From NCBI GenBank assembly GCA_965243135.1, contig OZ251539.1, positions 2,208,001-2,272,000 of the forward strand: 64,000 nucleotides of DNA. Reading direction: 5' to 3'. Every line of letters begins with the position of its first letter. Within the stretch, counting starts at the first letter, position 1. Origin of the DNA: Alphaproteobacteria bacterium (GTDB lineage: Bacteria > Pseudomonadota > Alphaproteobacteria > MPNO01 > UBA830). Positions 21,684-33,048 of this stretch are shown in pieces. Below the pieces are notes generated by a model. That model worked only from the letters and a program-made list of their open reading frames with translations. It was not told where the DNA came from and did no database searches. A program made the translations under genes and the position numbers.

Positions 21684-24600
21684 TCAAGGCGCTTCTCCGG
21701 CAAGGCGGAATTCCACGACGACCGGAAAGACCTGCGCCTCGCCCGTCATCGAAAAGCGATTGGGCAGAACGCGGGCCAGAATTCGCTCGCGCTCCTTTTC
21801 GAGTTGTCCGCGCACCTCCTCGAAATTGCGTCGCCGCCGGGCGCGTTCCGCCTCCTTTTCCTCTATGGAACGGTCGATGCGTCCCAGGCGGTTCGCCTCG
21901 TCGAAGAGAGTTCCTTGGCGCTTCTCCTCCTTCAGCCTCTCGATCTCGCGTTCGAGTCTGGCGAGGGTGGTTTCCGCGATCAACGCCGAGACCTCGCCCT
22001 GACGGCTGCGGTAACGCTCGTCCTCCTCGCGCCGCGCGCGGTCTCCGTCGCGCTCCAATTGAGTTCGCAGGCCGGCGGTCAGCGATGCCGCATGCCGGCG
22101 AACGAAAGCTTTGAGCTCGGGTTCCACTTCGCAGAAAATTTCCTGGGCCCGCCGCTGCGGTTCCTCGCCCCGGGCAGGCTGCGCTCCGCGGAGTTCGCGG
22201 GCAGGGCAGTGCGGGAGGGGACCGCCGAGCGCGCCTCCGGTGACCGGAAAGCGTATCGTTCTCACCCAGTGGTGATAGGTTTCGCGCAGATCGTTGACGG
22301 CCAGTTCCTCCAGACTGAGAAGCACGGCGGCATCGACGCCCGCCGGCAGTTCTCCGATGCTTACCGTCCAGCGGGATACTTCGTCGCCGGTTCCCGGAAA
22401 CCGGCGGCGGCTGAGCGAAACGAGTGCTTTCTGCAGCATCGGGTGGGACAAGTGGATCAGGCGCGTGTCGGGACGCGGCGCGAAAATCTTCCGCCTGCCG
22501 GCATCTTCAAGAAAAGGTTCCACGCCGAAAGCCAGCCGTACCACCGGCCCCTTGCTCCTCCCGTCGCCCGTAGTCGCGCGCAGCGAGTCGTCGATAACGT
22601 CGCTCCATTCCGGCAGGCCGGGATTGACGATCCGGCAGGTGCCGTCATGGTCCGAGCGGTCGAGTTGCGGCCGGCCTGCGCGTATCGCCATCGCGGCTTC
22701 GAGGGTGTCGCGTACGGCGGCGGGGTCGAGATCCACCTCGGCGGCGACGTTGCGCAGATCCCGGATGCCCGCCTCCGCGCTTGCCGCATCGGTCGCAACG
22801 GCGGAATCGGCGTCGAGCGCGGCCCGACCGCGGGCCAGTTCGACGCTCCGCTCGAGATGGTGCTGGACCTGAACGAGTTCCTCGCCTTCGACCAGACGCC
22901 GATGCGCCGCTTCGTCGAACAGCTCGTTGACCGACCCCAGATCCTCGCGGATTTCGTCGGACTTGCGGATGACGTGCGCCAGAAACTGGAGATCCTGATC
23001 CTGGTCGCTGACGAAATGGTGAATCGTCACGTCGCGCGCCTGGCCGTGGCGGTCCAGCCGCCCGTTCCGCTGCTCCAGCCTGGACGGGTTCCAGGGACAG
23101 TCGTAGTGAAGCATGTACCGTGCGGTGCGCTGAAGGTTGAGGCCCTCGGCCGCCGCGTCCGTGGCGACGAGTATCCGCACCTCGCGGGAGGGATCGTTGA
23201 AGGCGGCCTTCACGAGGTCGCGCTGGAATTCGTCCATGCCGCCGAAGAGCGTGAGGATTCGTTCCTCCTGGTAGCGCTCGCGGAGGCGCCGCACTATGTA
23301 GTCGAGCGTCGTCTTGTACTCCGTGAAGACGACAAGCCGTTCGTCGTCGCGCCAGCCGCCGCCTCGCCGGAGCAACTTTTCCACGAGGCCGCACAAGGCG
23401 TCGAACCGGGCGTCTTCCGCCGGGTCGCGGTCTTCCGCGAGGCCCAGCCGGTCCACCGCGAGGTCGATCTCGTCGATCTCCCGCGCAAGCTCCGTTCCGA
23501 ACGACTTGAGCCATGCGCCGACCACGGTCGAGGCCGTGGACTCGCGCAACTGGGTCTCGCGGTCGTCGGGGATTTCCTGGTGCAGGGCGCGCGCTGCGGC
23601 TACCACTTCGCTGTCCGCCGCAGGCTGGGTCTGCTCCAGACCGTCCTTGCACCTGCGCCACGACTCGGCGAACGCAACGGGGCAACTGAGCAGCCGCTTG
23701 CCGAGAACTTCGATCGCGAAACTGCCCGACCGCCGCCGCGCATTCTCTCCGCGGGCGATCTGCGACCGCACCCCGGTCCGGAAAGCGGCGAACGCCCGGC
23801 TCACCGACGCTTCGGCAGGGGACAGACTCAGCTCGACCGCCCGCGGCGGCATGCGCGTGCAGAATTTGGGCGGATCGGTGCGGTCGTTGATCTCGCTCTT
23901 GAGGCGCCGGAGAACCACCTGCTTGATGCGCTCTTTCTGCGCGGGATTCAGTTCGCCGGTCTGGCTGAATCGCAGCGGATCCAGAATCTCCAGAAGCCCC
24001 GTGAAGGAACGCGTATGGCCGTTGTGCGGGGTGGCGCTGAGAAAGATGCGATGCTCGAATTGCGGAGCGACGAGGCGCAGCATGCGGCAAAGATCGCTGT
24101 CGTCGCCGAACGGCGAGGGCATGAGGTTGTGGCACTCGTCGACGATCAGGAGATCCCAGGGCAGATGCGGCGACCCCTCCGGCGTTCGGCAGGCGGCGAG
24201 GAATTGTTCGAGGACGTCGTCCTGCCGCAGGTAATGATAGGAGGAGATGATGCGGCTGTACGATCGCCAGGGATTGGCGTCGAGACCGAGCCGCTTTCGC
24301 AGCTTGTCGGTCTCGGAACGGTCGACGAGGTTGAAGTGAAGAGAGAACTTGTCCCACAGCTCGTCCCGCTGCCATTGCAGGCGCAGCGAAGCCGGCGTCA
24401 GCACCAGCACCCGCTGGATCCGCCGGCGGATCAGAAGTTCGCTCAGGATCAGACCGGCCTCGACGGTCTTCCCCAGGCCGACGTCGTCGGCGATGAGCAG
24501 GTTGACGCGCGGCATGCGCAACGCCTTGAGCAACGGCACGAGCTGGTAATCCTCGACCTGGATGGCCCCGTGGAACGGGCTCGACACCGGCAACCGGTCG

Positions 24601-24905
24601 ACCGGTCCTTCGCCGTCGAGGTACGGCATGGTCGCCGTCCATCGCGTCGCGCGCAAGAGCGCGTTGAAGTCGTCGGCCGGCATCGGATTATCCGCCACTT
24701 GCGGCAACGCGTTCGGTTTCAGAACGGAAGTACGGGCTTCCAGTTCCCAGACAAGCGTCTCGTCCCGAGGCAGATGATCGTCCTTGTATTCCACCTGGAC
24801 GAGGTGCAGGCGGCCCGAATCGCCATCGAACGGCTCCACGCTCGCGATAATGCCGCGGCGATTTCTGACCGTCGCCACGGCGCCGACGAACGGATTATCG
24901 GTCAC
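21684..24905 (-). CDS. drmD: SNF2-family helicase, DISARM DrmD-like
   Basis: YQLVPL, LLIADDVGLGKTVEAG, DECH, SATPHNG, ATDAAAEGLNLQ, WNPSRLEQRNGRLDRHGQ; stop overlaps the MTase start (TTGA). Confidence 0.85.
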   Translation of the reverse strand: MTDNPFVGAVATVRNRRGIIASVEPFDGDSGRLHLVQVEYKDDHLPRDETLVWELEARTSVLKPNALPQVADNPMPADDFNALLRATRWTATMPYLDGEGPVDRLPVSSPFHGAIQVEDYQLVPLLKALRMPRVNLLIADDVGLGKTVEAGLILSELLIRRRIQRVLVLTPASLRLQWQRDELWDKFSLHFNLVDRSETDKLRKRLGLDANPWRSYSRIISSYHYLRQDDVLEQFLAACRTPEGSPHLPWDLLIVDECHNLMPSPFGDDSDLCRMLRLVAPQFEHRIFLSATPHNGHTRSFTGLLEILDPLRFSQTGELNPAQKERIKQVVLRRLKSEINDRTDPPKFCTRMPPRAVELSLSPAEASVSRAFAAFRTGVRSQIARGENARRRSGSFAIEVLGKRLLSCPVAFAESWRRCKDGLEQTQPAADSEVVAAARALHQEIPDDRETQLRESTASTVVGAWLKSFGTELAREIDEIDLAVDRLGLAEDRDPAEDARFDALCGLVEKLLRRGGGWRDDERLVVFTEYKTTLDYIVRRLRERYQEERILTLFGGMDEFQRDLVKAAFNDPSREVRILVATDAAAEGLNLQRTARYMLHYDCPWNPSRLEQRNGRLDRHGQARDVTIHHFVSDQDQDLQFLAHVIRKSDEIREDLGSVNELFDEAAHRRLVEGEELVQVQHHLERSVELARGRAALDADSAVATDAASAEAGIRDLRNVAAEVDLDPAAVRDTLEAAMAIRAGRPQLDRSDHDGTCRIVNPGLPEWSDVIDDSLRATTGDGRSKGPVVRLAFGVEPFLEDAGRRKIFAPRPDTRLIHLSHPMLQKALVSLSRRRFPGTGDEVSRWTVSIGELPAGVDAAVLLSLEELAVNDLRETYHHWVRTIRFPVTGGALGGPLPHCPARELRGAQPARGEEPQRRAQEIFCEVEPELKAFVRRHAASLTAGLRTQLERDGDRARREEDERYRSRQGEVSALIAETTLARLEREIERLKEEKRQGTLFDEANRLGRIDRSIEEKEAERARRRRNFEEVRGQLEKERERILARVLPNRFSMTGEAQVFPVVVEFRLAGEAP

Positions 24906-25077
24906 GGTGCCGGTTCTTCATGCTTCCATAGCCTTGCGAATCTGCAAAACGGCCCCTCCACGGTTGCAGGATAGTCGCGGCAGGCAAGCGTTCAAGGGGG
25001 GCAAAATGCCGAACCTGTGCACGTTATCCCGCGCCGCATTCCTTGCAGGCGCTCCGAACGGCGCGCATCGCGGCCGT

Positions 25078-26738
25078 TCAGGTGACCCTCGTCGGCAGAT
25101 GCTCCGGCAGTCCCCCCACGATTACTTCCTCGTCCTCGTCGTCCCAGAAGAAGTACAGGCGGAAGCCGTAACGCGAATTCCGTGCGCTGCTGCCCTTCAG
25201 GTGTCGATCCAGCTCTCGTTTCTTTCCCTTGTGCGTGAGGAAATAACTGTCCCCGTGTTCGCCGGACCTGTCCCCCGAGAATGTTCGTTGCTCCTGAATT
25301 CCTTCCGTCGCCAGCGCTTCCAGGTAGGCCTCCCTGAGTTCGTTGCCTCCTTCGCGGCGCATCGGCACGTAGTGATCTCGCAGAATGAGCAGTGCGCGGT
25401 ACGCCAGCGGCGCGTCTTTGAATGGGGATTTCTTCGCCCCCCGCTCGGCTGCTTGACGCTGCCCGCGAGGTGCCTGGTCGACCACTGCTGCAAATCTTCG
25501 AAAGTGTCCGGAATTTCGTCTTCGACCCGCTCGCCATGCGCCTTCCGGCCCTCCAGATACGCGATTCGCGATTTCAGACCCCAGTTTTCTTCCCTTGCCG
25601 CTTGTAGCTCCACGCGCAATTGGCGCGACTCGCTGTCGACGGTTTCGAACAGATACTCCTGCTTTTCCCGGTTGAGATCGTCGATTTCCGCCTGATACAA
25701 TGCGAGAAGATCCTGTTCGGACTTCACGGTTGCGGCTTCCGCCTGCTTTCGCAGCTTCTGGGCGGCTTTCTTGACCTCGACATAGGGCGGAAGCTGACGT
25801 CTCCAATCCTGCCGGTCGACGGTTCCGCGGAGGCAGTTCGTAACGAGAAAATTCGCGAATTCCGACGGCCCCCCAGGCCAGTCCGATATCCGGGCGCCGA
25901 GCGCAAGCGGATGTTCATGACGCCGCGCGCTGTCCGGGTCGAAACCCGGCCTGTAGGTCCGAACGGCCTGCCGGAAAACTGAAAGCTCCTTTCCGACCGG
26001 TCAGAGCGTAAGTGCCTGTTGCCGTGACGACGACGACATGCGCAGCGCCGACCGTCCGCTACGGACTCCGCCGGAATCAGGGCGGTGCCGGGATTTTCGT
26101 TGTTTTCGGCGGTCGTGATGGCGACGACATCCTGTCGGCGGTCAGGGCTCCGCATCAGGTCGAGAAGCCGGACCGCCTCTTCCGACGTGTCGATCAACCA
26201 TGGCTCCCGGCGGCCTGCCGTCGACGACGCCGCCGAAGTTGTCCACGACTTGTTTCACGAACCCCGGAATGGTCGGAAGATATTTCGGATTTCTTTCCAT
26301 CCGCGCTACGCAGGTGACGCGCACGCCGAACTTGATCGCGTCGTCCCGTTTGGCGATCGCGGTTTCCGTGACCCAGGAACGCTCGGCGACGCTTTTGTCG
26401 GCAGCGTCCAGCCGCGCCGCCCAATCATCTTCGAGAAATGTCGCTTCCGTTCGTTGCGAACCGACATCCGCGAGTTCGAAGCTGTCGCCCCGCCACGCCT
26501 CCGGCGGCAAGCCGGCACGGTTCTTCATCCACAGCAACACCTCCTGGCGTATTCCGTCGAACGCCTTGTCGAGATCGCCAGCGTGAATCTCCATCGTCAC
26601 TTGGCTGACGGGTTCGACCCGCGATCGTTGCAATCGTGGAAGCATCGGCGCCAACTGGGCGGCGAGAGACCCGTTTGTCTGTCGAACTGGTCCTTTTTTC
26701 GCAGCATATCCGCTGCCCGAGTCTGCACCGATAGTCAT
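25078..26738 (-). pseudogene. Frameshifted ~500-aa defence-island protein with a coiled coil and a C-terminal RelE-like domain
   Basis: Coherent protein across four frames, ending HLKGSSARNSRYGFRLYFFWDDEDEEVIVGGLPEHL; start uncertain. Confidence 0.55.
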
Positions 26739-27429
26739 TGCGCCGGGCGTCCACGCAGCCGCAGGCGTGCAAGAGGAGTTCCGGCCAGGCGCCCCTCGCC
26801 TGCGAACGTTGGTCCAGCGGGAGCCTTCAGGCGTTGGGCGGCGGCGTAACCGATACCGGCTCAGGCGGCTTTTCCATGATCGACGAACGCGGCCACGAGG
26901 CATTCGGCCATGCGGCGTGTCGCCCGTCCGCTGTCGTGGTTGAAGCGGCCCCTTGCCAGCCATGTCGTCGACAGGGACAACGAGAGTCCTCCAACGCCGC
27001 GCAGGCCACGGCGCTCGGGCCGGGATCCAATCGCTGCGCTCCACGCTGTCGCCATTCTCGCCAGCAGAGAACATGGTCCTTCCGCTCCCGCGTTTCGGGC
27101 GTTTCCGGTTTTTGCTTCGACTTCGGACAAATTTTCCACATTTCTGCAAGCTGTTCCAGCGAAGAGGCGTCTGCGCCGTGCCATTCTTGTCGGCTGCCGT
27201 CCGCTCGGCACCCCGCTCCGGCCGCCTGTCGGCAGGCGGAGGACTGCGAAACGAAAACGGATATCGGGTTGCCCCGGCGCCGCGCGGCAAACCCGGGGCG
27301 AGCCGGGCCGTGACGCGGACGATTTGCGAAAAAAGAAAATGGAAATCCGCAACTTCCGACGGAAGGTTCCGAACTGGCCGACCTGATACTGCGATGCTCC
27401 TCGTGCATGGCGAGCAGGCGATGGACGGG

Positions 27430-28560
27430 ATATTCAGCGTCCAGACATGGCAGGACTTCAGTTGTCGCGGAAAGCGTTTCTGGCTTGCGGGACCGGACGA
27501 GGATTGCGACGCTCGCCCGCGAGCCCCGCAGCGCGGCGCGTCGAACCTGTATTTCCCCGTTGTCGAGTCCGCCCTCAGCATTCCGCCGTGAACGGGCCGG
27601 ATCCAGCAAGCCCTTGGAACCTGCTGGATGTCGAAGCTCAGGCAGAGGAACAGCCAACCATCGTTCGCGCTCTGGCCAGAACGGACCTGCAATCGGCGCT
27701 GGCCGAGCTGAATCTGAACGTCAACGATCTGAACCGAGAGATCGGGAACCGGCTTGAAATCTACGGCGACGACGCGACTCTGGATATACGCGGCGAGGGG
27801 TATCGCCAGCTGTCCTCAGGCATGGCCGCGCCCGAAGCCGAGGACTTCGAGGTTCGAAACGTAACGATTCCCGAACGGCTCCGCCCGTTCTTCGCTCGCG
27901 TAGGGCGCGTCGCAAGATTGCGCGAAGTGCGGGCATTGCATGGCTTTACAAGAACCTCCGGATGCCGAAGACGGTCCCGGAGTCTCTCCGCTTTCAGCCG
28001 ATCCCGGGGAATGGCTCCCGGCGCTCGAGGTTCGTGGCAAGGGGAAATTTCTTGCCTCAACCAGAAATCCCTGCGGTTTTGGGAAAAACGGGATTGCGTG
28101 ATTGGAGCGCGTCCGCAGAATCGACGATGCATGGAAGCGCGGATGGAGGGAGCGCCACGGGGAGAGCAGGCCTTTCCGGAACGTCATGCCCCGCTTCCTC
28201 ATGGCCCACACGTTTTCCCGCGCGCTCATGAGGCAACTCACGCTTGAAAGCGGTTACTCGACGGCCGCGGGAGCGCCTGCATGTGGGACAAGACCAGGAA
28301 GGAATGGCTGGCGTGCCGGTCTACACCGCGATTTCCGGTTCGGACGGAACGCTCGGCGGATTGCAGCGGCAGGGAAAACCTTGGCCCGAGAAACGTGCGG
28401 TCGTGGCCGGGCGACGGAATGACCCTCTGCGTATCGAGGGGGCCGCCGCCGACAGGCTTTCTCTGGCGGTGCGCCATGTCTTTGCGATGGGTGCCTGAAA
28501 CGGTCTGCGAGGAATAGCCGGTTTCTCGATCTGTCGACGCTCGCAGGGCTGCCCGACAAT
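27430..28560 (+). pseudogene. Degraded DrmB-like DUF1998 gene
   Basis: Fragments QRGASNLYFPVVESALSIPP, RLREVRALHGFTR, WLPALEVRG, HTFSRALMRQL, DGTLGGL, PETVCEE. Confidence 0.7.
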
Positions 28561-28672
28561 CCTGAAGCAAGGTTCTTTTCCGCTGGCCTTTCAAGCTTGA
28601 AATGCGACAGTTGGCGCACGGCATGGCGGCGACCGCTTTCGCGCCGTCGCTGTAGGCGGTTCCTGCCGTCCG

Positions 28673-29851
28673 TTATGCGATTTTCGGCCAATCGAGCTTG
28701 TCGAGTTCGGGTTGCGGTATCTTTCCGTGCGTTCTGAATGCCTTTTGAAGCCGTTTTTCAAGCCAGCGCAGTCCACGGGTGGATAGCCATACGGCTGGCT
28801 GCTGCCTGTAGGCAAGTCGCGGGTTGGTGTTGCCGTCGCCGCGAGCCGCATTGCGCTGCGTCGAAGCGAACGAATCGGAATCGAGGTTTTTCATCAGTCG
28901 CTTCAGGGAGACGCAGTTCTTCAGAGTGCCCGCGAGGAATTCGGCGTGATGAACGCGGATATACGCAGGAAAGTCCTTTTTCCATCTGCGCTTGCTGATT
29001 TCTTCCTGCGTTGCGGTGTCCCGGTCGTGATCGTGCGCCATCGCAATGGCGCGTCCGTAGATTCGTATGTCGTGTGCGGAGCCTTTCGTAAATGCGCCGA
29101 TGAAAACGACATCGCCGTCTTTGACTTTCCGCGGCCGCTTGTTTTTCGGATAGCAGACGGCCCAATGGGTTCCCGAATCTTCAAGCAGATCGAAAATCGG
29201 GACGGTCAGCGAGAACCGGGAACGGCTCGTGCCCACGAACTTCACGAAAGCTCGGGCGGGGTTCGCCTGGCCGCCAAGCACCGGTCCCGCTTGGCCGCGG
29301 CTCAACGGTATCCCATGGTCTGGGAGGTCGTTTCCTGAGCCGGGCCGTCCGCGAGCCATGCGATGGCGCTCGACTTCCTCGCTCCAGTCATCGATTTTCT
29401 TGATCGTGAGATCGCGGCCTCCGGCTTGCGCGACATCGCTCCACAACTTCTCGAAATACGCCCCGCACGCGGCGACGATGCCGGAATCCTTAGTGATCAG
29501 GCCGAACTCGCGATTGCGCGTGAGCGCGGCTTCGGTCAGGTTCGCGGAGGTGACTATGCCTTTGTTCCCGCCGAACAGGTAAAGCTTGGCATGCAGATTC
29601 CGTACTCCCCTTACGGCGGCGCCTCGCTTAAGCAGTTCGCGCAAGGCATCAAGGTCGCTGACTCCTTCGAAAAAATCGGAGAGACTGAAGCGGGTGACGA
29701 CCCGAATCGATTTCTGGTTGGATGGAAAGAGACGCTTGACGGTCGATGACTTGATGAATGGGCAAACGATGCGGATTTCCCTGCGATTTCGTTTGAAGGC
29801 GGTGCGCAATTCGCGCTCCCATCCTTTGTCCACCAGACGGTTCGTGTTCAT
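28673..29851 (-). CDS. Phospholipase-D-family nuclease with a C-terminal EVE/PUA-like domain (392 aa)
   Basis: LHAKLYLF...TSANLT...NREFG (HKD motif); second domain RPRKVKDGDVVFIG...IYGRAIA. Confidence 0.75.
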   Translation of the reverse strand: MNTNRLVDKGWERELRTAFKRNRREIRIVCPFIKSSTVKRLFPSNQKSIRVVTRFSLSDFFEGVSDLDALRELLKRGAAVRGVRNLHAKLYLFGGNKGIVTSANLTEAALTRNREFGLITKDSGIVAACGAYFEKLWSDVAQAGGRDLTIKKIDDWSEEVERHRMARGRPGSGNDLPDHGIPLSRGQAGPVLGGQANPARAFVKFVGTSRSRFSLTVPIFDLLEDSGTHWAVCYPKNKRPRKVKDGDVVFIGAFTKGSAHDIRIYGRAIAMAHDHDRDTATQEEISKRRWKKDFPAYIRVHHAEFLAGTLKNCVSLKRLMKNLDSDSFASTQRNAARGDGNTNPRLAYRQQPAVWLSTRGLRWLEKRLQKAFRTHGKIPQPELDKLDWPKIA

Positions 29852-30468
29852 TTCATCGCTCCATGAACGGATTTTCTGCGTATCGGTGCGGCGCAAGCGC
29901 ATTCGCGAGCACGCGGCCCTCGCCGGCACGGCCTCGGAGATCGACAGCCGGTCCAGTACGCGGCTAACCTCTTTGCACGCGCTCTCCCGGTCGCTCGGCA
30001 TTCTGGCCTCCGCCTCTGCGGCCGCTTCGAAATGCGCCGCCACCCGCTCGACCTGATCGGCGTCGCGTTCCCAAGCCGCATAACGCTTGTTCAGGACCGC
30101 ATCGAGTTGTTCCGCGGATACCGTCCGGGCGATCCACCGGACTTTTCCTTTGGAGATTTCCATGTGCGTGCCTGGGTTGCGGAGACTGTTCATCAACCCC
30201 GATTTCGGAACGCCTTCGGGTTCTCCGCCGCGACCCAGGCTTTCCGTCGCCGAGCGGCCTGAGCCTCCTGCTGCCCCTTGCCGCTGCCGTGCCGCTTGCG
30301 CTCGACGGCGATAACCCGCTTGTTCCCTCGGCGTCATGGCGTTCGCCTCCTGTGCGCTCTCCGCCTCGGCGTTGCATGCCTCGCGCAGTTGTTCGGAACG
30401 CCTCACGTTCGCGCTGCATTCGGGAGTCTTGGTGATTCCACGTAAGCGTTCGGTCGTGGGGTGACGGT

Positions 30469-31325
30469 CTATTTGTTGAGGCTCTTCCTCCAGTCCCGCC
30501 GCAGGGGCTTCAGCCAGATGTCCTTGACCGGGAGAGCACGTTCTTTCCGGGTATCGAGCTTGCCGCGGCCCTGCGTTTTGCCGACCTTGATCCAGTTGGC
30601 GGCCCGGTAGCAACTTCCTTCGAAGCGCAGCGCCTCGCAGAAGGTCTCGAGCAGGACCGGACGCAATGCGTAGCGGCGCTCCCAGTCGTCCGGCAGCCGT
30701 CGTTCGATCAGAGCGAGGGGACGCGAGATTTTTGATCCGAACCCAGGGCAAGATCAAGAACCGGGCATTGTTGACTGCCAGCGGCAGATTGCGGCGGCGG
30801 GTCTCGGGGTTCCACGAGTTCGTCCCTGGGCGCGATCTTCCAGGCCGCGGCGCCGAAGCCGAGGACGGCGAGGGGTTCGCCGCCAGCTGCCCGGACCAAG
30901 TATCGCATTTGCGCGCCGGGCAGCGTGGAGTAGCCAAGATAGTGGTAGCGAGCGACGAACTCGTTCCAGAGGCGGCCTTCGCCCGCGTTCCGGACAGGCT
31001 CCACGGCGACGGGCTGGACATCGGCGAGACGTTCGGGGACCAGGAACAGGGGCCTGTCGGTCGCGGGGCCGGGCACGATCGGACGGCGTACGGTCGGCGT
31101 TTGCCTTGGCGGCGGCAGGACGATCACGCCGTCGCGATGCATGCGCAACATGGCCACCCGCGCGCTCATATCCTTCAGGCCGCCGTCGGGCTTGCGCCAG
31201 TCGAGGAGCCGGCAGACCTCCCGCGACAGCGCCCTGCGGCTGAGGCTGCCCCTCAGGGAGCGGATCATGTCGATCTCGTCCTCGGAGAAGTCGCGCCCGC
31301 AGTAGCGGCAAGGGCCGCCGCTCAC
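30469..31325 (-). pseudogene. DUF4338 (DruA-like) gene, frameshifted
   Basis: RYHYLGY, VNNARFLILPWV, LETFCE...GSCYRAANW; paralog of 55152-56024. Confidence 0.85.
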
Positions 31326-33048
31326 GGTCCCTGGGGGAGAGCGGGATGCCAGGAACGCAGACGCTCCTCGCCGGCGCCCCACGGCAGCCAGTCAGCAGGA
31401 CCTTCGGGCGGCGGACCGCGATGACGGGCGCAAGCATAATCGAGCAGCCAGCTGTACGGCGAGATGCCGGCCATCTCGAGCGTGCCGAAGATGGAATAGA
31501 GCATGCCCGCCAACCGCGCTCCGTCCACGCTTTGCGACCCGAACGAAAGCTTCCGGCTGAGGCCGCGCAACCCGCGTTCGGCGGGGTTGTTGTCCATGGG
31601 AACGGCCGCGTTGTCCACGAAGGTTGTCAGACCGTCGCGGTGGCGCAGCAGGGAGTCCAGAGGGCCGCGTTGCGCCGCGCTCTCCGGGAGCGCGTCCCGC
31701 GCCTTTTTCGCCGCCGCGAAGAACGCTTCGGCGAACCTCGCGAGCCGCCGCTGGGCGGCGGCGTTGCCCGGGCGCGCCAGACGCCTGGCGTTGAGACGGT
31801 ACAATGCGTGACGAAGCCACTTTTGGGCGAACTGCGCGAGGTTCGGGTAGCCGGTCTCGAGGTTGACGAAGTCGCGCCTGGCATGGACCCAACAATATGA
31901 AAGGACGATGCACCCTTCCATGACGCGTGCCAGCTTCCGATAGGCGGAGTAGCGGTCGCAGACCAGGTGAGCCGCCTGTTCGGGCGAGCCGAGCCCTCTG
32001 AACAACTCAAGGGCGGCTTCCGCGCTGCGCGACGGCAACGATGCGGACCGCGTCCGCCGCCCGGGCGGCCCAGGCGCGAGCGTTGCCTCCGTCCTCCTCG
32101 CCCAACTCCCGTCCACCCTGTCTCGTCGCCGTGAACGATCGGCGCCTTCGACAGGTGCCGGGAGATCTCTTCGTCGAGCGGCTCGAACAGGCGCAGGAAC
32201 CGTCGCTGGGCGTCCGCCAACGTGCCGGGCGCAATGGCGAGCCCGTGCTGGCCCAGCGCGCGGCAGACCGAACGCAGCGGACGATGCAGGCCATACCTCT
32301 CCGCCAGGACGTTCGCCCAGACGGAGACTCCATATCGGGTATTCGGAAACAGCCGCGCCGGGGCCGGGCCGACGACCTCCTTTTCCGGTCGGCAGGTACA
32401 GGCCGGGCGCAGCCGCTTCCGTCGAATCCTCCGGACGTAGGTGACGGTCCTGGTTTCGACGAGCTCCGCGTCCTTCCAACCGTTCGAGACCCAGGCCTTG
32501 CCGCAGTCCGGGCATGTGCGCTCGTCCGGAATCGACTCTTCCTCGCGAACGGGCAGCTCGGGGCGCTGCGTGCGGCCATGCGATGGCGTTCCCTGGCGGC
32601 GCCCCCGGCGTCGACCGGTTGCCGCAGGCCGCCGCTCGCTGCGGCGCCCGAACAACTCCCGGGCAAACCTGCGGCTGCGGGACTTCAGACTCTCGTTCTC
32701 CGGCGTCTCCGCAGCTCGACACGGGGGCGGCACCTCATGTCTCTTTATCTCGGCGTCGCAGCAACACTTCTCCGCTTTCGCGGTCTCCAGCTCCCGGCCG
32801 AGATCCGCATTCTCCCGGCGCGACGCGGCCAGCTCCCGGCCGAGATCCGCACTCTCCCGGCGCGACGCGGCCAGCGCCAGACTGAGATCCGCACTCTCCC
32901 GGCGCGACGCGGCCAGCGCCAGACTGAGATCCGCATTCTCCCGGCGCGACGCGGCCAGCTCCCGGCCGAGATCCGCACTCTCCCGGCGCGACGCGGCCAG
33001 GCCGCCGCCCGACAACTCGGTCCCCGGAAGTGAATGTTCGCTCGACAT
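31322..33048 (-). pseudogene. tnpC: IS66 TnpC transposase, frameshifted
   Basis: CPDCG, HGDETGW, CDRYSAY, CWVHARRDF, DNNPAERGLR. Confidence 0.88.
32787..33000. repeat. Five 42-bp tandem repeats (14-aa LAASRRE(S/N)ADL(G/S)(RE/LA)) in the TnpC N-terminus
   Basis: gagatccgca(c/t)tctcccggcgcgacgcggccag repeated with 42-bp period. Confidence 0.9.

Larger units (their letters stand above)
16420..21687 (-). pseudogene. Large adenine methyltransferase / type IIG-like protein (DrmMI-like), broken by a G16 frameshift and a MITE
   Basis: VTNGRQWRL, YGGALF, EYIGILYEGLL, RKGSGSFYT, DPACGSGSF, GNPPW; three ORF pieces rejoin if the tract is G14 or G17 and the MITE is removed. Confidence 0.88.

Noticed and set aside
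21519-24974. 1151-aa plus-strand ORF and similar long antisense ORFs (14570-16423, 19477-21522, 49472-51169)
   Set aside because: Shadow frames opposite real high-GC genes, with no motifs.
28673-31021. 782-aa ORF as a DUF4338-PLD fusion
   Set aside because: It is read-through across the IS66 boundary in GC-rich DNA; the real PLD gene starts near 29851.
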